A stretch of DNA of 64,000 bases from the human T2T-CHM13v2.0 reference genome, Homo sapiens (GCA_009914755.4 CP068257.2:1536001-1600000), one strand, 5' to 3'. Positions 26,101-44,000 are shown, counted from the first letter of the stretch. Notes: a model not told the origin generated them from the sequence alone. Program-made: numbers and translations.

Positions 26101-27370
26101 TCAAGGTACCCAAGGTATATATTCTATACTGTATAAAAAATATCAAAGTACCCAAAGCATGTATTATATACTGTACATAAAATATGAGAGTACATCAAAT
26201 ATATATTTTATTCTGTACATAAAATATCAAAGTACACCAGATATATATTTTATAGTGTACATAAAATATCAAAGTACCCAAACTATACATTATATACTGT
26301 ACATAAAATATGAAAGCACATCAAATATAGATAATTAACTGTACATAAAATATCAAAGTACCCCAAATATATATTATATACTGTACATGAGATATCAAAC
26401 TTCACAAACTATATATTATATACTGTAGATAAAATATCAACGTACCCAAGGTATATATTCTATACTGTACAAAAAATATCAAAGTACCCAAAATATGTAT
26501 TATATACTGTATATAAAATATGAAAGTACATCAAATATAAATTTTATTCTGTACATAAAATATCAAAGTACACCAGATATATATTTTATAGTGTACAGAA
26601 AATATCAAAGTACCCAAACTATACATTATATACTGTACATAAAATATGAAATTACATCAAATATATATTATATTAGGTACATAAAATATGAAAGTACATA
26701 AAATATAGATGATATACTGTACATAAAGTATCAAAGTAGCCCAAAGTTATATTATACAGTGTACATGAAATATCAAAATTTAAAAAATATATATTATATA
26801 ATGTACATAAAATATCAAAGTACCCAAAGCAAGTATTATATACTGTACATAAAAGATGAAAGTACATCAAATATATATTTTATTCTCTACGTAAAATATC
26901 AAAGTACACCAGATATATATTTTATAGTGTACATAAAATATCAAAGTACCCAAACTATACATTACATACTGTACATAAAGTATGAAATTACATGAAATAT
27001 ATATTATTTTAGGAACATAAATATGAAAGTACATCAAATATAGATTATTAACTGTACATAGAATATCAAAGAACCCCAAATATATATTATATACTGTACA
27101 TGAGATATCAAACTTCACAAACTATATATTATGTACTGTACATAAAATATCAAACTACCCAAGGTATATATTCTATACTGTACAAAAAATATCAAAATAC
27201 CCAAAGCATGTATTATATACTGTACATAAAATATGAAAGTATATCAAATATATATTTTATTCTGTACATAAAATATCAAAGTACACCAGATATATATTTT
27301 ATAGTGTACATAAAATATCAAAGTACCCAAACTATACATTATATACTGTACATAAAATATGAAATCACAT
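23155..27370. repeat. Large duplicate of 1-3035 joined directly to a duplicate of 6598-7650. It skips the 3563 bp present at 3035-6598 in the left copy.
   Basis: Offset 23154 holds for ORFs up to about 1560, then 23280 holds up to 2771/26051. After that the match moves to offset 19717 (6778/26495, 6956/26673, 7042/26759, 7150/26867, 7383/27100). Sequence 26300-26400 matches 6583-6683 but not 3020-3120. The match is lost at about 7650/27370. Confidence 0.8.
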
Positions 27371-30300
27371 CAAATATATATTATATTAGGTACATAAAAT
27401 ATGAAAGTACTTCGAGTATTGATTATTTACTGTACATAAAATATCAAAGTACCCCAAATATATATGATATACTGTACATGAAATATCAAAGTTCACAAAC
27501 GATATATTATATACTGTAGATAAAATATCAAAGTACCCAAGGTTTATATTCTATACTGTACAAAAAATATCAAAGTACCCAAAGCATGTATTATATACTG
27601 TACATAAAAGATGAAAGTACATCAAATATATATTTTATTCTGTACATAAAATAACAAAGTACACCAGATATATATTTTATAGTGTACATAAAATATGAAA
27701 GTACCCAAACTATACATTACATACTGTACATAAAATGTGGAATTACATCAAATACATATTATATTAGGTACATAAAATATGAAAGTACATCAAATATAGA
27801 TTATATACTGTACATAAAATATCAAAGTACTCCAAATATATATTACATACTCTACATGAAATATCAAAGTTCACAAACTATATATTATATACTGTACATA
27901 AAATATCAAAGTACCCAAGGTATATATTCTATACTGTACAAAAAATATCAAAGTACCCAAAGCATGTATTATATACAGTAAATAAAATATGAAAGTACAT
28001 CAATTATATATTTTATTCTGTAAATAATATATCAAAGTACACCAGATATATATTCTATAGTGTACATAAAATAAGAAAGTACACAAACTATAAATTATAT
28101 ACTGAACATAAAATATGAAATTACATCAAATATATATTAGGTACATAAAATATGAAAGTACATCAAATATAGATTATATACTGTACATAAAATATCAATG
28201 TACCCCAAATATATATTTTATATTCTACATGAAATATCAAAGTTCAGAAACCATATATTGTATACTGTACATAAAATATCAAAATACCCAAGGTATATAT
28301 TCTATACTGTACAAAAAATATCAAAGTACCCAAAGCATGTATTATATACTGTACATAAAATATGAAAGTACATCAAATATATATTTTATTCTGTACATAA
28401 AATATCAAAGTACACCAGATATATATTCTATAGTGTACATAAAATATCAAAGTACACAAACTATACACTATATACTGTACATAAAATATGAAATTACATC
28501 AAATATATATTAGGTACATAAAATATGAAAGTACATCAAATATAGATTATATACTGTACATAAAATATCAAAGTACCCAAATATATATCATATACTGTAC
28601 ATGAAATATCAAAGTTCACAAACTATATATTATATACTGTACATAAAATATCAAAGTACCCAAGGTATATATTCTATACTGCACAAAAAATATCAAAGTA
28701 CCCAAAGCATGTATTATATACTGTATATAAAATATGAAAGTACATGAAATATATATTTTATTCTGTACATAAAATATCAAAGTACACCAGATATATATTC
28801 TATACTGTACATAAAATAACAAAGTACACAAAGTATAAATTATATACTGTACATAAAATATGAAATTACATCAAATATATATTAGGTACATAAAATATGA
28901 AAGTACATCAAATATAGATTATATACTGTACATATAATATCAAAGTACCCCAAATATATATTTTGTACTCTACATGGAATATCAAAGTTCACAAACCATA
29001 TGTTATATACTGTACATAAAATATCATGGTACCCAAGGTATATATTCTATACTGTACAAAAAATATCAAAGTACCCAAAGCATGTATTATATACTGTACA
29101 TAAAATATGAAAGTACATCAAATATATATTTTATTCTGTACGTAAAATATCAAAGTACACCAGATATATATTCTATAGTGTACATAAAATATCAAAGTAC
29201 CCAAACTATACATTATATACTGTACATAAAATATGAAATTACATCAAATATATATTATATTAGGTACATAAAATATGAAAGTACATCAAATATAGATTAT
29301 ATACTATATAATAAAAATACCAAAGTACCCAAATATATATTTTATACTGTACATGAAATATCAAAGTTCACAAACTATATATTATATACTGTACATAAAA
29401 TATCAAAGTACCCAACGTATATATTCTATACTGTACAAAAAATATCAAAGTACCCAAAACATGTATTATATACTGTACATAAAATATGAAAGTACAACAA
29501 ATATATATTTTATTCCGTACATAAAATATCAAAGTACACCAGATATATATTCTATAGCGTACATAAAATATCAAAGTACACAGACTATACATTATATACT
29601 GTTCATAAAATATGAAATTACATCAAATATATTTTATATTAGGTACATAAAATATGAAAGTACATCAAATATAGATTATACACTGTACATTAAATACCAA
29701 AGTACCCCAAATATATATTTTATACTGTACATGAAATATCAAACTTCACAAATTATATATTATATAGTGTACATATAATATCAAAGTACCCAAGGTATAT
29801 ATTCTATACTGTACAAAAAATAACAAAGTACCAAAAGCATGTATAATATACAGTACATAAAATATGAAAGTACATCAAATATATATTTTATTCTGTACAT
29901 AAAATATCAAAGTACACCAGATATATATTCTATAGTGTACATAAAATAACAAAGTACACAATCTATAAATTATATACTGTACATAAAATATGAAATTACA
30001 TCAAATATATATTAGGTACATAAAATATGAAAGTACATCAAATATAGATTATATACTGTACATATAATATCAATGTACCCCAAATATATATTTTATACTC
30101 TACATGAAATATCAACGTTCACAAACCATATATTATATACTGTACATAAAATATCTAAGTACCCAAGGTATATGTTCTATACTGTACAAAAAATATCAAA
30201 ATACCCAAAGCATGTATTATATACTGTACATAAAATATGAAAGTACATCAAATATATATTTTATTATGTAAATAAAATATCAAAGTACACCAGATATATA

Positions 30301-33300
30301 TTCTATAGTGTACATAAAATATCAAAGTACCCAAACTATACATTATATACTGTACATAAAATATGAAATTACATCAAATATATATTAGGTACATAAAATA
30401 TGAAAGTACATCAAATATAGATTATATACTGTACATAAAATATCAAAGTACCCCAAATATAAATTATATACTCTACATGAAATATCAAAGTTCACAAACT
30501 ATATATTATATACTGTACATAAAATATCAAAGTACCCAAGGTATATATTCTATACTGTACAAAAAATATCAAAGTACCCAAAGCATGTATTATATACTGT
30601 ATATAAAATATGAAAGTACATCAAATATATATTTTATTCTGTACATAAAATATCAAAGTACACCAGATATATATTCTATAGTGTACATAAAATAACAAAG
30701 TACACAAACTATAAATTATATACTGTACATAAAATATGAAATTACATCAAATATATATTAGGTACATAAAATATGAAAGTACATCAAATATAGATTATAT
30801 ACTGTACATAAAATATAAATGTACCCCAAATATATATTTTATACTATACATGAAATATCAAAGTTCACAAACCATATATTGTATACTGTACATAAAATAT
30901 CAAAGTACCCAAGGTATATATTCTATACTGTACAAAAAATATCAAAGTACCCAAAGCATGTATTATATACTGTACATAAAATATGAAACTACATCAAATA
31001 TATATTTTATTCTGTACATAAAATATCAAAGTACACCAGATATATATTCTATAGTGTACATAAAATTTCAAAGTACCCAAACTATACATTATGCACTGTA
31101 CATAAAATATGAAATTACATCAAATATATATTATATTAGGTACATAAAATATGAAAGTACATCAAATATAGATTATATACTGTACATAAAATATCAAATT
31201 ACCCCAAATATATATTATATACTCTACATGAAATATCAAAGTTCACAAACTATATATTATATACTGTACATAAAATATCAAAGTACCCAAGGTATATATT
31301 CTATACTGTACAAAAAATATCAAATTATCCAAACATGTATTATATACTGTATATAAAATATGAAATTACATTAAATATATATTTTATTGTGTACATAAAA
31401 TATCAAAGTACACCAGATATATATTCTATAGTGTACATAAAATATCAAAGTACGCAAACTATAAATTATATACTGTACATAAAATATGAAATTACATCAA
31501 ATATATATTAGGTACATAAAATATGAAAGTACATCAAATATAGATTATATACTGTACATAAAATATCAATGTACCCCAAATATATATTTTATACTCTACA
31601 TGAAATATCAAAGTTCACAAACCATATATTATATAATGTACATAAAATATCAAAGTACCCAAGGTATATATTCTATACTGTACAAAAAATATCAAATTAC
31701 CCAAAGCATTTATTATATACTGTACATAAAATATGAAAGTACATCAAATATATATTTTATTCTGTACATAAAATATCAAAGTACACCAGATATATATTCT
31801 ATAGTGTACATAAAATATCAAAGTACCCAAACTGTACATTATACACTGTACATAAAATATGAAATTACATCAAATATATATTATATTAGGTACATAAAAT
31901 ATGAAAGTACATCAAATATAGATTATATACTGTACATAAAATAACAAAGTACCCCGAATATATATTTTATACTGTACATGAAATATCAAAGTTCACACAC
32001 TATATATTATATACTGTACATAAAATATCAAAGTACCCAAGGTATATATTCTATACTGTACAAAAAATATCAAAGTACCCAAAGCATGTATTATATACTG
32101 TACATAAAATATGAAAGTACGTCAAATATATATTTTATACTGTACATAAAATGTCAAAGTACACCAGATATATATTCTATAGTGTACATAATATATCAAA
32201 GTACCCAAACTATACATTATATACTGTACATAAAATATGAAATTACATCAAATATATATTATATTAGGTACATAAAATATGAAAGTACATCAAATATAGA
32301 TTATATACTGTACATAAAATATCAAATTACCCCAAATATATATTATATACTCTACATGAAATATCAAAGTTCACAAACTATATATTATATACTGTACATA
32401 AAATATCCAGGTACCCAAGGTATATGTTCTATACTGTACAAAAAATATCATCGTACCCAAAGCATGTATTATATACTGTATATAAAATATGAAAGTACAT
32501 CACATATATATTTTATTCTGTACATAAAATATCAAAGTACACCAGATATATATTCTATAGTGTACATAAAATAACAAAGTACAAAAACTATAAATTTTAT
32601 GCTGTACATAAAATATGAAATTACATCAAATATATATTAGTTACATAAAATATGAAACTACATCAAATATAGATTATATACTGTACATAAAATATCAATG
32701 TACCCCAAATATATATTTTATACTCTACATGAAATATGAAAGTTCACAAACCATATATTATATACTGTACATAAAATATCAAAGTACCCAAGGTATATAT
32801 TCTATACTGTACAAAAAATATCAAAGTACCCAAAGCGTGTATCATATACTGTACATAAAATATGAAACTACATCAAATATATATTTTATTCTGTACATAA
32901 AATATCAAAGTACACCAGATATATATTCTATAGTGTACATAAAATATCAACGTACCCAAACTATACATTATATACTGTACATAAAATATGAAATTACATC
33001 AAATATATATTATATTAGGTACATAAAATATGAAAGCACATCAAATATAGATTATATACTGTACTTTAAATACCAAAATACCCCAAATATATATTTTATA
33101 CTGTACATCAAATATCAAAGTTCACAAACTATATATTATATACTGTACATAAAATATCAAAGTACCCATGGTATATATTCTATACTGTACAAAAAATATC
33201 AAAGTACCCAAAGCATGTATTATATACTGTACATAAAATATGAAAGTACACCAAATATATATTTTATTCTGTACATAAAATATCAAAGTACACCAGATAT

Positions 33301-36300
33301 ATATTCTATAGTGTACATAAAATAACAAAGTACACAAACTGTAAATTATATACTGTACATAAAATATGAAATTACATCAAATATATATTAGGTACATAAA
33401 ATATGAAAGTACATCAAATATAGATTATATACTGTACATATAATATCAATGTACCCCAAATATATATTTTATACTCTACATGAAATATCAAAGTTCACAA
33501 ACCATCCATTATATACTGTACATAAAATATCAAAGTACCCAAGGTATATATTCTATACTGTACAAAAAATATCAAAGTATCCAAAGCATGTATTTTATAC
33601 TGTACATAAAATATGAAAGTACATCAAATATATATTTTATTCTGTTCATAAAATATCAAAGTACACCAGATATATATTCTATAGTGTACATAAAATATCA
33701 AAGTACCCAAACTATACATTATATACTGTACATAAAATATGAAATTACATCAAATATATATTAGGTACATAAAATATGAAAGTACATCAAATATAGATTA
33801 TATACTGTACATAAAATATCAAAGTACCCCAAATATATACTCTACATGAAATATCAAAGTTCACAAACTATATGTTATATACTGTACATAAAATATCAAA
33901 GTACCCAAGGTATATATTCTATACTGTACAAAAAATATCAAAGTACCCAAAGCATGTATTATATACTGTACATAAAATATGAAAGTACATCAAATATATA
34001 TTTTATTCTGTACATAAAATATCAAAGTACACCAGATATATATTCTATAGTGTACATAAAATAACAAAGTACACAAACTATAAATTATATACTGTACACA
34101 AAATATGAAATTACATCAAATATATATTAGGTACATAAAATATGAAAGTACATCAAATATAGATTATATACTGTACATAAAATATCAATGTACCCCAAAT
34201 ATATATTTTATACTCTACATGAAATATCAAAGTTCACAAACCATATATTGTATAATGTACATAAAATATCAAAGTACCCAAGGTATATATTCTATACTGT
34301 ACAAAAAATATCAAATTACCCAAAGCATGTATTATATACTGTACATAAAATATGAAAGTACATCAAATATATATTTTATTCTGTACATAAAATATCAAAG
34401 TACACCAGATATATATTCTATAGTGTACATAAAATATCAAAGTACCCAAACTATGCATTATACACTGTACATAAAATATGAAATTACATCAAATATATAT
34501 TATGTTAGGTACATAAAATATGAAAGTACATCAAATATAGATTATATACTGTACATAAAATATCAAATTACCCCAAATATATATTATATACTCTACATGA
34601 AATATCAAAGTTCACAAACTATATATTATATACTGTACATAAAATATCAAAGTACCCAAGGTATATATTCTATACTGTACAAAAAATATCAAATTATCCA
34701 AACATGTATTATATACTGTATATAAAATATGAAAATACCTTAAATATATATTTTATTCTGTACATAAAATATCAAAGTACACCAGATATATATTCTATAG
34801 TGTACATAAAATAACAAAGTACGCAAACTATAAATTATATACTGTACATAAAATATGAAATTACATCAAATATATATTAGGTACATAAAATATGAAAGTA
34901 CATCAAATATAGATTATATACTGTACATATAATATCAATGTACCCCAAATATATATTTTATACTCTACATGAAATATCAAAGTTCACAAACCATACATTA
35001 TATACTGTACATAAAATATCAAAGTACCCAAGGTATATATTCTATACTGTACAAAAAATATCAAAGTACCCAAAGCATGTATTATATACTGTACATAAAA
35101 TATGAAAGTACATCAAATATATATTTTATTCTGTACATAAAATATCAAAGTACACCAGATATATATTCTATAGTGTACATAAAATAACAAAGTACACAAA
35201 CTATAAATTATATACTGTACATAAAATATGAAATTACATCAAATATATATTAGGTACATGAAATATGATAGTACATCATATATAGATTATATACTGTACA
35301 TAAAATATCAATGTACCCCAAATATATATTTTATACTCTACATGAAATATCAAAGTTGACAAACCATATATTATATAATGTACATAAAATATCAAAGTAC
35401 CCAAGGTATATATTCTATACTGTACAAAAAATATCAAATTACCCAAAGCATTTATTATATACTGTACATAAAATATGAAAGTACATCAAATATATATTTT
35501 ATTCTGTACATAAAATATCAAAGTACACCAGATATATATTCTATAGTGTACATAAAATATCAAAGTACCCAAACTATACATTATATACTGTACATAAAAT
35601 TTGAAATTACATCAAATATATATTATATTAGGTACATAAAATATGAAAGTACATCAAATATAGATTATATACTGTACATAAAATATCAAAGTGCCCCAAA
35701 TATATATTATATACTCTACATGAAATATCAAAGTTCACAAACTATATATTATATACTGTACATAAAATATCAAAGTACCCAAGGTATATATTCTATACTG
35801 TACAAAAAATATCAAAGTATCCAAAGCATGTATTATATACTGTATATAAAATATGAAAGTACATTAAATATATATTTTATTCTGTACATAAAATATCAAA
35901 GTACACCAGATATATATTCTATAGTGTACATAAAATAACAAAGTACACAAACTATAAATTATATACTGTACATAAAATATGAAATTACATCAAATATATA
36001 TTAGGTACATAAAATATGAAAGTACATCAAATATAGATTATATACTGTACATATAATATCAAACTACCCCAAATATATATTTTATACTCTACATGAAATA
36101 TCAAAGTTCACAAACCATACATTATATACTGTACATAAAATATCAAAGTACCCAAGGTATATATTCTATACTGTACAAAAAATATCAAAGTACCCAAAGC
36201 ATGTATTTTATACTGTATTTAAAATATGAAAGTACATGAAATATATATTTTATACTGTACATAAAATATCAAAGTACACCAGATATGTATTCTATAGTGT

Positions 36301-38049
36301 ACATAAAATATCAAAGTTCCCAAAGTATACATTATATACTGTACATAAAATATGAAATTACATCAAATATATATTAGGTACATAAAATATGAAAGTACAT
36401 CAAATATAGATTATATACTGTACATTAAATACCAAAGAACCCCAAATATATATTATATACTCTACATGAAATATCAAAGTTCACAAACTATATATTATAT
36501 ACTGTACATAAATTATCAAAGTACCCAAGGTATATATTCTATACTGTACAAAAAATATCAAAGTACCCAAAGCATGTATTATATACTGTACATAAAATAT
36601 GAAAGTACATCAAATATATATTTTATTCTGTACATAAAATATCAAAGTACACCAGATATATATTCTATAGTGTACATAAAATATCAAAGTACCCAAACTA
36701 TACATTATATACTGTACATAAAATATGAAATTACATCAAATATATATTATATTAGGTACATAAAATATGAAAGTACATCAAATATAGATTATATACTGTA
36801 CATAAAATATCAAAGTACCCCAAATATATATTATATACTCTACATGAAATATCAAAGTTCACAAACTATATATTATATACTGTACATAAAATATCAAAGT
36901 ACCCAAGGTATATATTCTATAATGTACAAAAAATATCAAAGTACCCAAAGCGTGTATTATATACTGTATATAAAATATGAAATTACATCAAATATACATT
37001 TTATTCTGTACATAAAATATCAAAGTACACCAGATATATATTCTATAGTGTACATAAAATATCAAAGTACCCAAACTATACATTATATACTGTACATAAA
37101 ATATGAAATTACATCAAATATATATTATATTAGGTACATAAAATATGAAAGTACATCAAATATAGATTATATACTGTACATTAAATACCAAATTACCCCA
37201 AATATATATTTTATACTGTACATGAAATATCAAAGTTCACAAACTATATATTATATACTGTACATAAAATATCAAAGTACCCAAGGTATATATTCTATAC
37301 TGTACAAAAAATATCAAAGTACCCAAAGCATGTATTATATACTGTACCTAAAATATGAAAGTACTTCAAATATATATTTTATTCTGTACATAAAATATCA
37401 AAGTACACCAGATATATATTCTATAGTGTACATAAAATATCAAAGTACCCAAACTATACATTATATACTGTACATAAAATATGAAATTACATCAAATATA
37501 TATTTTATTCTGTACATAAAATATCAAAGTACACCAGATATATATTCTATAGTGTACATAAAATATCAAAGTACCCAAACTATACATTATATACTGTACA
37601 TAAAATATGAAATTACATCAAATATATATTATATTAGGTACATAAAATATGAAAGTACATCAAATATAGATTATATACTGTACATTAAATACCAAAGTAC
37701 CCCAAATATATATTTTATACTGTACATGAAATATCAAAGTTCACAAACTATATATTATATACTGTACATAAATTATCAAAGTACCCAATGTATATATTCT
37801 ATACTGTACAAAAAATATCAAAGTACCCAAAGCATGTATTATATACTGTACCTAAAATATGAAAGTACATCAAATATATATTTTATTCTGTACATAAAAT
37901 ATCAAAGTACACCAGATATATATTCTATAGTGTAAATAAAATATCACAGTACCCAAACTATACATTAAATACTGTAAATATATTATGAAATTACATCAAA
38001 TATATTTTATATTTGCTACATAAAATATGAAACTACATCAAATATAGAT

Positions 38050-41000
38050 TATATAGTGTACATTAAATACCAAAGTACCCCAAATATATATTTTATACTG
38101 TACATGAAATATCAAAGTTCACAAACTATATATTATATACTGTACATAAATTATCAAAGTACCCAAGGTATATATTCTATACTGTACAAAAAATATCAAA
38201 TTACCCAAAGCTTGTATTATATACTGTACATAAAATATGAAAGTATATCAAATATATATTTTATTGTGTACATAAAATATCAAAGTACACCAGATATATA
38301 TTCTATAGTGTACATAAAATAACAAAGTACACAAACTATACATTATATACTGTACATAAAATATGAAATTACATCAAATATATATTAGGTACATAAAATA
38401 TGAAAGTACATCAAATATAGATTATATACTGTACATAAAATATCAATGTACCCCAAATATATATTTTATACTATACATGAAATATCAAAGTTCACAAACT
38501 ATATATTATATACTGTACATAAAATATCAAAGTACCCAAGGTATATATTCTATACTGTACAAAAAATATCAAAGTAACCAAAGCATGTATTATATACTGT
38601 ATATAAAATATGAAAGTACATCAAATATATATTTTATTCTGTACATAAAATATCAAAGTACACCAGATATATATTCTATAGTGTACATAAAATATCAAAG
38701 TACCCAAAATATACATTATATACTGTACATAAAATATGAAATTACATCAAATATATATTATATTAGGTACATAAAATATGAAAGTACATCAAATATAGAT
38801 TATATACTGTACATTAAATACCAAAGTACCCCAAATATATATTTTATACTGTACATGAAATATCAAAGTTCACAAACTATATATTATATACTGTACATAA
38901 ATTATCAAAGTACCCAATGTATATATTCTATACTGTACAAAAAATATCAAAGTACCCAAAGCATGTATTATATACTGTACCTAAAATATGAAAGTACATC
39001 AAATATATATTTTATTCTGTACATAAAATATCAAAGTACACCAGATATATATTCTATAGTGTAAATAAAATATCACAGTACCCAAACTATACATTAAATA
39101 CTGTAAATATATTATGAAATTACATCAAATATATTTTATATTTGCTACATAAAATATGAAAGTACATCAAATATAGATTATATAGTGTACATTAAATACC
39201 AAAGTACCCCAAATATATATTTTATACTGTACATGAAATATCAAAGTTCACAAACTATATATTATATACTGTACATAAATTATCAAAGTACCCAAGGTAT
39301 ATATTCTATACTGTACAAAAAATATCAAATTACCCAAAGCTTGTATTATATACTGTACATAAAATATGAAAGTATATCAAATATATATTTTATTGTGTAC
39401 ATAAAATATCAAAGTACACCAGATATATATTCTATAGTGTACATAAAATAACAAAGTACACAAACTATACATTATATACTGTACATAAAATATGAAATTA
39501 CATCAAATATATATTAGGTACATAAAATATGAAAGTACATCAAATATAGATTATATACTGTACATAAAATATCAATGTACCCCAAATATATATTTTATAG
39601 TATACATGAAATATCAAAGTTCACAAACCATATATTGTATACTGTACATAAAATATCAAAGTACCCAAGGTATATGTTCTATACTGTACAAAAAATATCA
39701 AAGTACCCAAAGCATGTATTATATACTGTACATAAAATATGAAAGTACATCAAATATATATTTTATTCTGTACATAAAATATCAAAGTACACCAGATATA
39801 TATTCTATAGTGTACATAAAATAACAAAGTACACAAACTATAAATTATATACTGTACATAAAATATGAAATTACATCAAATATATATTAGGTACATAAAA
39901 TATGAAAGTACATCAAATATAGATTATATACTGTACATAAAATATCAATGTACCCCAAATATATATTTTATACTCTACATGAAATACCAAAGTTCAGAAA
40001 CCATATATTATATACTGTACATAAAATATCAAAGTACCCAAGGTATATATTCTATACTGTACAAAAAATATCAAAGTACCCAAAGCATGTATTATATACT
40101 GTACATAAAATATGAAAGTACATCAAATATATATTTTATTCTGTACATAAAATATCAAAGTACACCAGATATATATTCTATAGTGTACATAAAATATAAA
40201 AGTACCCAAACTATACATTATATACTGTACATAAAATATGAAATTACATCAAATATATATTATATTAGGTACATAAAATATGAAAGTACATCAAATATAG
40301 ATTATATATTGTACATAAAATATCAAAGTACCCCAAATATATATTATATACTCTACATGAAATATCAAAGTTGACAAACTATATATTATATACTGTACAT
40401 AAAATATCAAAGTACCCAAGGTATATATTCTATAATGTACAAAAAATATCAAAGTACCCAAAGCGTGTATTATATACTGTATATAAAATATGAAATTACA
40501 TCAAATATATATTTTATTCTGTACATAAAATATCAAAGTACACCAGATATATATTCTATAGTGTACATAAAATATCAAAGTACCCAAACTATACATTATA
40601 TACTGTACATAAAATATGAAATTACATCAAATATATATTATATTAGGTACATAAAATATGAAAGTACATCAAATATAGATTATATACTGTATATTAAATA
40701 CCAAAGTACCCCAAATATATATTTTATACTGTACATGAAATATCAAAGTTCACAAACTATATATTATATACTGTACATAAAATATCAAAGTACCCAAGGT
40801 ATATATTCTATACTGTACAAAAAATATCAAAGTACCCAAAGCATGTATTATATACTGTACCTAAAATATGAAAGTGCATCAAATATATATTTTATTCTAT
40901 ACATAAAATATCAAAGTACACCAGATATATATTCTATAGTGTACATAAAATATCAAAGTACCCAAACTATACATTATATACTGTACATAAAATATGAAAT

Positions 41001-44000
41001 TACATCAAATATATATTATATTAGGTACATAAAATATGAAAGTACATCAAATATAGATTATACACTGTACATAAAATATCAAAGTACCCCAAATATATAT
41101 TATATACTCTACATGAAATATCAAACTTCACAAACAATATATTATATACTGTACATAAAATAAAGTCCCCAAGGTATATATTCTATACTGTAGAAAAAAT
41201 ATCAAAGTACCCAAAGCATGTATTATATACTGTATATAAAATATGAAAGTACATCAAATATATATTTTATTCTGTACATAATATATCAAAGTACACCAGA
41301 TATATATTCTATAGTGTACATAAAATAACAAAGTACAAAAACTATAAATTATATACTGTACATAAAATATGAAATTACATCAAATATATATTAGGTACAT
41401 AAAATATGAAAGTACATCAAATATAGATTATATACTGTACATAAAATTTCAATGTACCCCAAATATATATTTTATACTCTACATGAAATATCAAAGTTCA
41501 CAAACCATATATTATATACTGTACATATAATATCAAAGTACCCAAGGTATATATTCTATACTATACAAAAAATATCAAAGTACCCAAAGCATGTATTATA
41601 TACTGTACCTAAAATATGAAAGTACATCAAATATATATTTTATTCTGTACATAAAATATCAAAGTACACCAGATATATATTCTATAGTGTACACAAAATA
41701 TCAAAGTACCCAAACTATACATTATATACTGTACATAAAATATGAAATTACATCAAATATATTTTATAATAGATACATAAAATATGAAAGTACATCAAAT
41801 ATAGATTATACACTGTACATTAAATACCAAAGTACCCCAAATATATATTTTATACTGTACATGAAATATCAAACTTCACAAATTATATATTATATAGTGT
41901 ACATATAATATCAAAGTACCCAAGGTATATATTCTATACTGTACAAAAAATAACAAAGTACCAAAAGCATGTATAATATACTGTACATAAAATATGAAAG
42001 TACATCAAATATATATTTTATTATGTACATAAAATATCAAAGTACACCAGATATATATTCTATAGTGTACATAAAATATCAAAGTACCCAAACTATACAT
42101 TATATACTGTAAATAAAATATGAAATTACAACAAATATATTTTACATTAGGTACATAAATTATGAAAGTACATCAAATATAGATTATATACTGTACATTA
42201 AATACCAAAGTACCCCAAATATATATTTTATACTGTACATGAAATATCAAAGTTCACAAACCATATATTATATACTGTACATAAATTATCAAAGTACCCA
42301 AGGTATATATTCTATACAGTACAAAAAATATCAAAGTACCCAAAGCATGTATTTTATACTGTACTTAAATATGAAAGTACATCAAATATATATTTTATTC
42401 TGTACATAAAATATCAAAGTACACCAGATATATATTCTATAGTGTAAATAAAATATCACAGTACCCAAACTATACATTAAATACTGTAAATATATTATGA
42501 AATTACATCAAATATATTTTATATTTGGTACATAAAATATGAAAGTACATCAAATATAGATTATATACTGTACATTAAATACCAAAGTACCCCAAATATA
42601 TATTTTATACTGTACATGAAATATGAAAGTTCACAAACTATATATTATATGCTGTACATAAATTATCAAAGTACCCAAGGTATATATTCTATACTGTACA
42701 AAAAATATCAAATTACCCAAAGCTTGTATTATATACTGTACATAAAATATGAAAGTATATCAAATATATATTTTATTGTGTACATAAAATATCAAAGTAT
42801 ACCAGATATATATTCTATAGTGTACATAAAATAACAAAGTACACAAACTATACATTATATACTGTACATAAAATATGAAATTACATCAAATATATATTAG
42901 GTACATAAAATATGAAAGTACATCAAATATAGGTTATATACTGTACATAAAATATCAATGTACCCCAAATATATATTTTATACTATACATGAAATATCAA
43001 AGTTCACAAACCATATATTGTATACTGTACATAAAATATCAAAGTACCCAAGGTATATGTTCTATACTGTACAAAAAATATCAAAGTACCCAAAGCATGT
43101 ATTATATACTGTACATAAAATATGAAAGTACATCAAATATATATTTTATTCTGTACATAAAATATCAAAGTACACCAGATATATATTCTATAGTGTACAT
43201 AAAATAACAAAGTACACAAACTATAAATTATATACTGTACATAAAATATGAAATTACATCAAATATATATTAGGTACATAAAATATGAAAGTACATCAAA
43301 TATAGATTATATACTGTACATAAAATATCAATGTACCCCAAATATATATTTTATACTCTACATGAAATACCAAAGTTCAGAAACCATATATTATATACTG
43401 TACATAAAATATCAAAGTACCCAAGGTATATATTCTATACTGTACAAAAAATATCAAAGTACCCAAAGCATGTATTATATACTGTACATAAAATATGAAA
43501 GTACATCAAATATATATTTTATTCTGTACATAAAATATCAAAGTACACCAGATATATATTCTATAGTGTACATAAAATATCAAAGTACCCAAACTATACA
43601 TTATATACTGTACATAAAATATGAAATTACATCAAATATATATTATATTAGGTACATAAAATATGAAAGTACATCAAATATAGATTATATACTGTACATA
43701 AAATATCAAAGTACCCCAAATATATATTATATACTCTACATGAAATATCAAAGTTCACAAACTATATATTATATACTGTACATAAAATATCAAAGTACCC
43801 AAGGTATATATTCTATAATGTACAAAAAATATCAAAGTACCCAAAGCGTGTATTATATACTGTATATAAAATATGAAATTACATCAAATATATATTTTAT
43901 TCTGTACATAAAATATCAAAGTACACCAGATATATATTCTATAGTGTACATAAAATATCAAAGTACCCAAACTCTACATTATATACTGTACATAAAATAT

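Noticed and set aside
36352-37935. Very long open reading frames on the + strand (up to 527 aa here; also 43248..44714, 488 aa; 46634..47932, 432 aa) and many 65-aa ORFs on the - strand.
   Set aside because: The peptides are simply the 42-bp repeat translated: a 14-aa period, YIKYQST…YIL, with extreme Tyr/Ile/Lys bias and no domain-like features. The monomer length is an exact multiple of 3, and the ancestral monomer lacks stops in that frame. I estimate the chance of that for a 14-codon AT-rich unit at about 0.3, so it needs no selection to explain it. The reported starts are frequently GTG (e.g. 122) or TTG. Frame breaks coincide with 37/39-bp monomers or single-base variants creating TAA. 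I do not call any CDS.
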